A DNA stretch of 63,557 bases, the filler included, from Dicyema japonicum (lineage: Eukaryota > Animalia > Dicyemida): NCBI GenBank assembly GCA_011109175.1. It is 5 parts of 5 records of this genome, joined end to end, with 100 filler letters (N's around TTAATTAATTAA, not from the genome) between each part and the next. Parts side by side here need not be neighbours in the genome. Positions count along the whole stretch, not along the records: positions 26,423 to 56,721 come from RDEW01000160.1; positions 56,822 to 61,644 come from RDEW01000176.1; positions 61,745 to 63,557 come from RDEW01000002.1; 2 more parts are not named here. One strand, written 5' to 3'. Shown piece by piece: positions 54,162 to 63,557 of the stretch (positions within the stretch are counted from its first letter, which is position 1; each line of letters begins with the position of its first letter). Both the position numbers and the translations under genes were made by a program. A model generated the notes under the pieces. That model ran no database searches. It worked only from the letters and a program-made list of their open reading frames with translations, and was not told the origin of the DNA.

Positions 54162-55472
54162 CAGTGGGGCAAAAAGTCATGGAACGCTTGCACATTTTGA
54201 CTAAATTTAATAATTCTCCTCAAAAAATAATATTAAATACTGTAGTTTAAAAATGAAATTAGAAATATAAGACATTCTAGATTAATTGTTGAAAAAACTA
54301 TACTAATTTGAGTTATTTATCCTGCAATAATTAGCGATTTTTTTGTAAAAATCAATTTATTGAAGGAAAAAAGTCATGGAACGAAATCAAATTAATATTT
54401 AGTTGCACTCCCTTTTGCTAGTAGTACTGCTTCCAATCTTTTTTTGTAAGGATAAATAAGCTTCTGACATTCAAAAGGAGTAATATTTTCCCATTCTTCA
54501 TAGCAAATTGTTTTTAATTCGTAAATGTTTTCCGTTTCCGTAAACCAATTTTCATTTTAAAATTTTCCATAAATGTTCGATTGGATTGAGGTCTGGCGAT
54601 TGACTTGGCCATTCCAAAACATTTATTTTGTTCCTTAGTAACCATTCAACAGTCATTTTTGACTTATGTTTTGCGTCGTTGTCATGCTGGAATGTCCATT
54701 GTTGTGTCAAATTTAATTTAGCGACCGAATGAAACAGACATTCTTCCAGGATTTCGCAATATTTGAGCGAATTCATTATTCCATCTATTACAAATAATTG
54801 ACCGACGCCTGTTGATGAAAAACAGCCCCACAGCATAATACTTCTTCCCCGTGCTTTATGGTAGGCATGGTGTATTTTTGGTTATACACCTGATATGATC
54901 TACGCCAAATTGATGGCGTGTAGTTCAGTCCAAAAAATTGTAATTTTGATTCGTCCGACCATCTAATATTATTTATGAATTCATTTTCTTTATTTAAAAG
55001 ATATTTAGCATATTTAATTCGTGCAGAAATATGTATTTTCTATAATAACGGAACACGACGGGGCTTTCGTTTATTGATAGATTTATTTCGTAGTGTAGAA
55101 GTAATTGTACGAAGGGACACTGATGTTCCTGTAATTTTTAAATCATTAGCGAATTCTTTTCCAGTAATTCTTGGATTTTTATAAAATATTCTCTTCATGA
55201 ATGAGTAAGAACTTTGAGTTATTTTTCTCAGAGTACCTGATATTGGTAAATTCATTATCATTCTGTGTTGTTTTCGTCAGGTAATAATATTCCAAGCAGT
55301 ACTTTTTGGTGGCAATTTCAGCAATTTAGAAATTTTTCCATAACTTTTATTTCTTTGGTAGGCCGTTACAACTCGTTGTTTTAGGTCAAAAGAATTCTCT
55401 TTGCTTTAAGGGATGATAATTTTAATAACGAGCGAAAAATGCAAGTGTATTTTATACTAATGAAGTTATCAA
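54162..55472 (-). mobile_element. Tc1 copy 3 (one-ended, inactive)
   Basis: Same terminus after TA; more diverged N-terminal half. Confidence 0.9.
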
Positions 55473-56821
55473 GAGGATACACTTTATCACTTCATTATGT
55501 CTTCGGAGATAACATCCTACCACATATTACCACACCGCGTGGCTAGATGGTCAACAGTCTGCCTTTTTTTGCAATAAACGCATAGTGATCCCATGTATGC
55601 AAAAACAAATTCCTATCTTGCAAAAGACAGTAAAATGCTTCGCTCTATCGTTCCCTTTGGATAACCATTGCGAAGTAGATATGTCGACATTTGATTCCTC
55701 CATACATTTAAACATAACCGAGTGTAGTGATTTACTCTTTATTCGGTTAAGCAAGAGTTTCTTCTGACTGTTTTTGAGTGACTTAATATTCACTTTTTCC
55801 CCGCTAATAACTGCATATTTGTAATCAAGAAATCCTGCGATTGTGGCTAAGTTCCTTTTTTTATTACTCGCAGAATACCCGACCTCCACTGACAGATAGT
55901 CGACTGTTTTTCCAAATTTTTATGGAACTGGGAGAGTATTAATTCGCTCTTGGACGAAATCGAGGCATGTCCTCTTCCAGACGTCTCGCGGTCCAAATAC
56001 AACCTCTCCTTATTTTCAGGCTGGAGATGTAACTGGAGTGCCGTAAGTAATCGGCTTATTTTTGGTCAATGTCATCAAACTCGTATGGTTCGATATTAAT
56101 TAACCCGATATAATAATTATATAGGGATAACGCATATTCATTGATGGCGCGACTCAAATTCACAGCATTCAGCTTTGTTTTGAAAACATAGTTATCCTCT
56201 TCTTAACATTCTCCAGTATGGAGTCCATAACTTTATTCTTGAGAACATTACTTCCGCCGTCTGCGAGTACACTGAAACTTCCGCCGTCTCCGTTGATTCC
56301 ATCCAAAAAATATTTAATATAGAAACAATATTTGTTCATAACGACTGGCACCTCTTGTCCATTGGTCCGTTAATTTTGACGATCACAATCATATTCTTAT
56401 CAAAATCAATTGTTCCCGTCAACCCGTTCAAACCATGCGGTATTTCACGCTTACGCTAATGCCGACTGGACAGGATATAAAAAATATGTTGATTCATCCC
56501 TATGGAGTTTTCATCCTCAGAATTTCAACTCCCTCGATACGGCAGTCAATTACTTTAACAAAGTTATCCTCAAGGGGAGAGATCTATTTGTCGAAAAGGA
56601 CTCTTGAAACTCACGAAAAGAAAAATACGATGCTAAACAGTTGACCTAATAAAAGAAAGGAATCGCCTCCCTCTGGATCTAAACACTTTTATGAAACATT
56701 GCGTGAAGATAAGTCACAAGTNNNNNNNNNNNNNNNNNNNNNNNNNNNNNNNNNNNNNNNNNNNNTTAATTAATTAANNNNNNNNNNNNNNNNNNNNNNN
56801 NNNNNNNNNNNNNNNNNNNNN

Positions 56822-57421
56822 TTAAAGGTTTTCTAAAACTTTAATAATTTTTAATAGATACTTCTCTCTTTCATTTTTTGAAGAGAGATGTAGAAAATTA
56901 TGTGAACAAACGTATTAAAAATAAAAATTCTGATATAATTAATTACAATGAAATATTTGAAGTTGTAAAAAATTCATACAAGACAAATAATATTAAATTA
57001 AAGTAACCTTTTTAATATTTTTATATCAATTTATAAATTTTTTATTTTAGTGATGATGAATTAAAGATTGTTTCGAACAATATTTTTCTTAAAGTTGGGA
57101 AGGAATTACAGAAGAGGAGAATAGATAATACATTTGAATATTTGGATATATGTGCTAAATCTCAAAATCAAAATGTACAAGAATTTGATCTTGCCAATGC
57201 AGATCCTGCTTTATCTGCTATGCTTTCTAACAATGATGAATTGTCTCAAATAAAAATGAATGTTTGTCTTTTTTAAATATTTAGTTAATTAAAAATCTGA
57301 GGGTTGAAAATTTAGGAAATTCAAATTCTGGTTTTGTTTTATATTTTATGCTATGTAGATTCAATTGAAACGGCGAATTTAAACGATCCAGGTTTTTTAA
57401 TTTATCTATGTTATAGCATAA
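56822..57421 (+). CDS. DAXX: Daxx-like histone H3.3 chaperone, 3' part (histone-binding domain)
   Basis: Spliced translation INYNEIFEVVK..IFLKVGKELQKRRID..DLANADPALSAMLSNN resembles Daxx HBD PDYGDVLRAV..AFRDVGIRLQERR..DPALSDPVLARRLREN. Introns of 48, 23, 28 and 25 nt. Confidence 0.65.
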
Positions 57422-57769
57422 AAGATTTAGTGTATTTTTTAATTCTAAAGATAAAAGATATAACTTGATTTTTTTCAGAAAATCGATTCTTGTTTATTTT
57501 AACACTTATATTAAGGTACTTTTTTATGCCCAATGATAACATGAATTTCATTTTAAATGGATTTTTCTAGATAAATCTAAGATTTTTATTTAAGCTATTA
57601 GAGTTTTTTTAATAATCTCGTAAATAGCCGAAATTGAATTTATCCAGTTCTCTCGGTTATATTAGAACGTATTTTTTCCCAGTGTCCCGACTTTTCCAAG
57701 TAACCAACATTGTGACAATAGGTCAAAATTTTGGATTTAAAGTCTAAAAATTACTAACTAGTGATTACC

Positions 57770-58010
57770 AGCAACATAATGTTCAGTCTTAGCTAAGTTT
57801 CTTCCATTTTCTTCAAAATTTCAATAAACTTACAAATAGTCGGATGATACGCTTCAATTAAAGAATTAAAAGAATGATGACATCCCATGAGACTTATTTG
57901 CTTTAGGACCAATAGCTCTCATTGCATCAAAACAGTTCCACAATTTATGGGAAAAACGTGGACAACGACATACTCGGTACGTACTATCTAAATATCTTCT
58001 ACATAATTCA
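57770..58010 (-). mobile_element. MULE (Mutator-like) transposase C-terminal remnant
   Basis: PRFSHKLWNCFD..GPKANK..FNSLIEAYHPTICKFIEILKK resembles PRF..LWN..PRTNN..HPTIWKFI. Confidence 0.6.
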
Positions 58011-58379
58011 ATACAGGCTGAACTTTTGAAAAATTGTTGCAATCGCGTAAATGTTCAAAAAAATTAACAGCCTGTAATTTTGTGACAAATACGAACTCAG
58101 CAAATGACAGGAACATGACTATAAATAAAGCGGAGTTTGGGAAATCCGAAAGTACGAATCAGGGAAAACTACCATTTCGCTCCTATTTCGATGGAGATTT
58201 CTGGGGTCGTGGGAGAGATGACGGACGCCTTTCTCTCCAATGTCGGACAAAAGATTGCTCCGAAGAGATGCGAACCTCGCGATGGACGTTGCAGAGGTTA
58301 GAAATGGCGGTGATCCTGGCCTCTTAACTAAAAGACTTTAGTTGTTTTCTTATAAATAAATATTTTTTTATTAAAGAAG

Positions 58380-58625
58380 TTGCCTGTAGTCGAGTAGAAA
58401 TTTCCAGCGGCAAATCTACAAAAGCTTCAATATTAATAAGTGGAAGGTTCCACGCATCTACGATGCACAAATGGTTTGACGAGTGACGACGTCATCAGTG
58501 AATACTCACTGCGGAACTGGATTGTCTAGAAAGGACACTCACACAAGAAAAAGAAAACAAGAAGTGAAGATCATTCCTTGGTTCTTCGATTAGTTAAAAT
58601 TAACTGTTCTTTACTTAAATAAAGT
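58380..58625 (+). mobile_element. SINE-like element with internally deleted tRNA head and structured central domain
   Basis: TTGCCTG TAGTCGAGTAG..TTCCAG CGGCAA head remnant; body homologous to 4795-4864 (minus). Confidence 0.5.
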
Positions 58626-58805
58626 GTGTGTCCTGTCTATGCGGAGCTATAAAATACTATGGCTCTCGTGAAAAGGTTTTATTATTATTATTTATTAAGT
58701 GTGAACTCTGGCCAGACATTTGAGTTTATAATATTATGTCACATGGGCATGGGCAGCCTGTTACATTTTTTCGACCTTGAAAAAGTCTTTTGATTATCCG
58801 ACATT

Positions 58806-58909
58806 ATTATTATTACCCCCAGGATCACTGGGTCAAAAAGAAAGAAATAAAAGTTCTCATCTAACTAAGTAATCCCAGACCGACAAAGGTGAGGATGAGT
58901 CCCTCATTG
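58806..58909 (-). mobile_element. Short LINE 3'-end insertion with perfect 14-bp TSD
   Basis: GATTATCCGACATT at 58792-58805 and 58910-58923; (TAA)n tail. Confidence 0.88.
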
Positions 58910-59460
58910 GATTATCCGACATTTAATTTTATATATCCGATTTATATCGTGATTTAATCCTGTTAAATTAGTTTTTTATTCATAAATGTTATGATTATAA
59001 AGATTTTATTTTTTTATAGCGGTAAACCTATATTTCTAGCGTGATTTATAGCATGGAAGATTATTTTGTTGCAATGGCGTCTTACAAGGGTTTTTTGAAA
59101 AATTGCGTTAAATATCAAACTTTAAAAGATGCTTTGCATGATAAATTTCCCGAAAANNNNNNNNNNNNNNNNNNNNNNNNNNNNNNNNNNNNNNNNNNNN
59201 NNNNNNNNNNNNNNNNNNNNNNNNNNNNNNNNNNNNNNNNNNNNNNNNNNNNNNNNNNNNNNNNNNNNNNNNNNNNNNNNNNNNNNNNNNNNNNNNNNNN
59301 NNNNNNNNNNNNNNNNNNNNNNNNNNNNNNNNNNNNNNNNNNNNNNNNNNNNNNNNNNNNNNNNNNNNNNNNNNNNNNNNNNNNNNNNNNNNNNNNNNNN
59401 NNNNNNNNNNNNNNNNNNNNNNNNNNNNNNNNNNNNNNNNNNNNNNNNNNNNNNNNNNNN

Positions 59461-60750
59461 CGGACTTACTCTTGGTGTGTTCGAATATAAGGATTCCCCC
59501 AATTTATGGAGCAGACTATTGGTTCGATCCAAATACTCATAGTTTCTATTTCCCTATATTTAGCTCACAAACTGTTCTTGGCTGCTGAAAATGGGTTCTA
59601 CGTTAAAAGTTTGGACCAAGACCCTGAGATGAGTCCAGAATTGGTTAACTTTCGTAGTTGAATTAGATCGTACCGTTGAAGGTACTCTGGTTGCACGTGA
59701 ACACCCACAACATCGCCATACTTCTTGTTTTGGAGAGTAAGCTGGTGTGAGTTTATTCTAGACCAGAAGACAGTCGTCTACCAGTTTAATCTGCTTTTTT
59801 TCTTTACATACAAAATTAGGTACCCCAACACAAACTTGTAAGCAATTAATCTCAAGTACAGTAAGACAATATGGAAGGAGTTCTGCAAGAAGACCAACTC
59901 AATTGAGGACTCTCAGGTTAAGAAATGCATCGCCTTTAATGCAACAAAGAATTTTGTAGACGAAGCAAAGAAAATTCACTTGGACTTTTTGATCGTAAAA
60001 TGTATCGAACGAATTATCCTCTTTCGGTGGAATTCAAAGGAAAGGGGGTACGCCTATGTCCAAGTCACAGTAAATTTAAGTTGGTAGGAACACAGTACTC
60101 CAAATTCCCGAAATTCGATTTTGGCCCCGATTATCAGGGGGAAGGACGCCTACCCCTTCGTCTGCTGTGAAGTCAAAAAAATGTAAATTATATTAGCCAT
60201 GAAGAAATGATGAATACGACGAGTTGGAATTCCAAGGAATCGACTTCAACTCCAAAAGCAATTGGTTCGTGTCCTTCATTGGTGACCCTTACGTTTATCC
60301 TTAGATCAGGACATGAAACTGTTACCCCTTTTGTTTTTGCACCAAATAGACGAGGAAACGATTATTTTGGGATTTCACAGTTAAGCGTTCCATTTATATC
60401 CCAGACTTTGCTTCAATATACGACAAGGAAGGACAAAACGTCGAAAAAACGAAGATCACTTATTTTAAGCCTCCTGAATGTCTCGGTGAGTCGGTTTGCC
60501 TTATTGAAGCTGTGGTCGACAGAGAGTTGCTCGTCGTCCATAAAAATGGGCTCATTTTAAAAAATCTGAATAATGAAGTATTTCATGATTGTCTATTTTA
60601 AGATCACCAAAATAATCGAGGACACTTCGAAATCATTTCGCTTACTCAAGTGAAGTGGGTTATCATTTTAGTGGCTTTGGACTAATAATTATTGAAACTA
60701 CAGACATGAGTAACACAAGAGAGATTGTTGTCTTAAATAGAAATCAATAA
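59461..60750 (+). CDS. CNH domain of a MAP4K3/MAP4K5 (GCK-I/happyhour)-type protein, 3' part
   Basis: Spliced over about ten 22-25-nt introns: WFDPNT..LFLAAENGFY..VLWLHV..IILFRW..AYPFVC..FRLLNGFGLIIIET. Follows the GCK-I CNH pattern; kinase domain not visible. Confidence 0.7.
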
Positions 60751-60753
60751 TTT

Positions 60754-61025
60754 AAAATTTAACTTTAATTAATTATTTTTTTAATTGTAAAATTAATGCT
60801 TTTTTAAATAAATTGACAAGAACTGTTATTAACAATTCATTAATAGCGTGCGTCATTATTATTATTGAACCAAAAAACCACCGTCATATAAATTTTAACT
60901 TTAATTAATTATTTTTTTAATTGTAAAATTAATGCTTTTTTAAATAAATTGACAAGAACTGTTATTAACAATTCATTAATAGCGTGCGTCATTATTATTA
61001 TTGAACCAGAAAACCACCGTCATAT
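60754..61025. repeat. ~136-bp tandem duplication downstream of the CNH gene
   Basis: Two near-identical AT-rich copies with no N at the junction. Confidence 0.85.
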
Positions 61026-61744
61026 CAAAATAAACAAAATTCAGGTGATCCCAGCCTCCCTCAACAGTCTCCGCATCTTTTCTCGGTGTTCAGACTGCGT
61101 TCCTGCGCATTTCCGATATGGACGGGGTCCGCATACTCGAGTCCTTCGCAGGGGTACTGTTCCAGTCGTCTCTATCATATTTTCTAGGTTTCTGAGCTGA
61201 TTTCCACACGGGAATATTTCCTTAGTAAGTATGAACTTCTTGCAGGAGATCTCTCGCTTTTCTACGACAGCTGTTTAAAGATTATGGGACGGAGTTGTCT
61301 CAAAATGATTTAAGAATTACATGGATAAACTATATATCGACAAAAAACTGGGACTCATATCCAATCAGTTGTGTTGAACAAAACTCTTGAATGTAAGGTA
61401 ATTGAGTAAAAGCAGGGGTTAAGGTCTCCGATAAAGATTTCATTTCTGCTTCAATGGATGCTGGAAGATAAAAATTGATTCTAAAGTGGAAGGATTGGTT
61501 TTTGTAAACTCACATAAACTGAGAAGAACAATAGAAGTGGTTTAGCTAGTTCATTGTGGGGTTCCTCCAAATCACTTATAGTCATTCGGTCTAAAAAATT
61601 GAGTATCTAAACAATTTTATTCAAGTCCCTTGGTTATTACAAACNNNNNNNNNNNNNNNNNNNNNNNNNNNNNNNNNNNNNNNNNNNNTTAATTAATTAA
61701 NNNNNNNNNNNNNNNNNNNNNNNNNNNNNNNNNNNNNNNNNNNN

Positions 61745-63295
61745 AGTAAGTCAAGAAGGAGGTTCATGCATTGTCCGTCTAGAAGACCGCCCATATATGT
61801 TTGTTACGGACACAGTAGTACCCCGTGTGGGACTTATGATGGTTGGATGGGGAGGAAATAACGGAACGACCCTAACAGCTTCCTTGTTGGCTTTGAAGAA
61901 CAAACTGAAATTCAACACAAAGGATGGTCTTGTTGAGCCCGACTTTAAGGGATCTTTCACACAATCTGCTACTTGTTATATCGGACAGTTGGGGACTAAG
62001 CAATGGTACGTACCTGTAAAAGAAATGCTTCCTATGATTGACCCTGAAAATATAGTTATTGGAGGTTTTTTCTTTACATAATAAAATAGGGTGGGACATT
62101 TCTTCATTAAACATGGCTGAGGCAACCAAGAGAGCCAAAGTACTGGACTGGAATCTCCAGCAACAACTTGAGCCTTTTTTGAGCTCACTAAAACCACTTA
62201 AGGCTGCATTTGTAAATGATTTTGTTGCTTCTAACCAATCCAATAGAGCGGATAATATTTTGGATGGAACCAAACAAGAAATGGTGAATCAACTTAGAAG
62301 CGATCTTGTGAACTTTAAAGAAACCAATAAGCTTGATAAGGCATGTGGGTTCCCAAATATTGATAGGTCATTGTATTCTGGACTGCAAACACAGAAAGGT
62401 TTTGTGATGTGAAAGATGGACTCAATATGACTTGGAAAGAGTTAGAATCTTCAATTAATCGAGATGAACCCGAAATCTCTTCCTCCACCTTGTATGGAGT
62501 CGCCAGTATTCTTGAAGGAGTAATACTCATTTTTAACTTTACATAGTGCATGTTTCTTAACGGTTCCCCGCAGAATACATTTGTCCCTGGATTAATTGAT
62601 TTGGCCAAGTCATGTGGGGTCCCAATAGGAGGTGATGACTTGAAGACTGGACAGACACGAGTTAAATCTGTTTTGGCAGATTTTCTGGTTTCCTGTGGTC
62701 TCAAACTGAAATCTGTGGTGAGTTATAATCATTTGGGAAACAATGATGGGCATAATCTGAACGCCCCCAAGCAGTTTCGTTCAAAGGAGATTTCTAAAAG
62801 AAATGTGATTGACGATATGGTGGAGTCCAATCAAATTCTATATTCTAGTAAGGAAGACTATCCTGACCACTCGGTAGTTTGTCTATTCTATTTTAGGTTG
62901 TTATTAAATATTCTCCCTTTGTTGGGGATTCTAAGAGGGCTATGGACGAATATATAAGTCAGTTGATGCTTGGGGGGTTGAATACTATCGCGACTTATAA
63001 TACCTGCGAAGATTCTCTCCTTGCTGCCCCAATTATGCTAGATATTGTAATTCTGGGTGAACTGTTTACTCGAATCAGATTTGGACCACATGGACGTCCT
63101 CATAGCTTCCATCATATTTTTTCTGCTCTCAGTTTTTTCTTTAAAGCCCCTTTGGTTCCCAAAGACACTCCATTGGTGAATGCTTTATTCCCCCAGAAGG
63201 ACTGCATTTTGAATATTCTACGAGCCTGTCATGGATTGAATCCCATAAATTATATGCTTCTGGAATACAAGACTCCGGATAAATACACTAATTGA
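61745..63295 (+). CDS. ISYNA1: Myo-inositol-1-phosphate synthase (5' end in gap)
   Basis: [28 protein letters not shown] and [10 protein letters not shown] signatures. Introns 62065-62089, 62341-62366 (GC-AG), 62520-62546 and 62874-62896. Confidence 0.95.
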
Positions 63296-63401
63296 TGATT
63301 TTATTCTATTTTCTTTGGTCTTTTCTTAATATATGGCTTAATTGTTTTAATTGATTGGCCCGATCTAATTAGCTATAAAACGTAATTTGTAATTTTATAA
63401 T

Positions 63402-63557
63402 ATGGCTTCTTTTATTATCAAACAATTGGTTGGAGATAAGCTCTCTGCTGCGAAAGGTTCACTTTACTTTCATATTTACAGATAATGTCACCAAAGAAGG
63501 AAACGACAATTCAAACACCACTGGAGACTCTGCTGCAATGGAAGAAGCTAGATTAGA
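63402..63557 (+). CDS. CPLX: Complexin (synaphin), N-terminus, runs off the window
   Basis: MASFIIKQLVGDKLSAAK|DNVTKEG..AMEEARL after 25-nt intron 63457-63481; matches the invertebrate complexin N-terminus MAAFIAKQMVGNQLSAVK. Confidence 0.75.

Larger units (their letters stand above)
38459..56721. repeat. Tandem array of a ~7.9-kb composite TE unit (38459-46379, 46380-54161, partial 54162-56721)
   Basis: Same order and junctions of Tc1, R4, LINE, hAT, CRE, hAT end, R4, SINE, R4, CRE and R4 fragments in each unit. Confidence 0.92.

Overview
AT-rich eukaryotic scaffold from a draft assembly, with N gaps, four of which contain an artificial TTAATTAATTAA linker. The gene set (CoREST, Daxx, complexin) points to an animal. 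Host genes are compact and split by 21-28-nt spliceosomal micro-introns, which fragments the ORF track. Manually spliced genes are an RCOR/CoREST ELM2-SANT gene, WDR90 (CFA20 domain + WD40), a tandem ABHD11 array, a partial Daxx histone-binding domain, a partial MAP4K3/5-type CNH domain, INO1/ISYNA1 and the 5' end of complexin. Animal genes with ~23-nt introns and a centriole gene fit a dicyemid-like, genome-reduced parasite (inference only). Most remaining sequence is a patchwork of decayed transposon fragments: R4/Dong-like and CRE-like RLE retrotransposons, RTE and I/Jockey-like LINEs, an IR/DR Tc1, hAT (Buster/SPIN type) and MULE. The most notable observations are: (1) tRNA-headed SINE-like repeats sharing a conserved multi-hairpin central domain with compensatory changes; (2) a ~7.9-kb Tc1-bounded composite of about ten TE fragments repeated 2.3 times with patchy divergence; (3) a solitary 5S rRNA copy abutting the end of an R4-like ORF; (4) micro-intron biology, including GC-AG and stop-free 3n introns. 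No CRISPR array or prokaryotic system is supported. All calls come from manual reading and remembered family motifs; no searches were run and TE boundaries are approximate.
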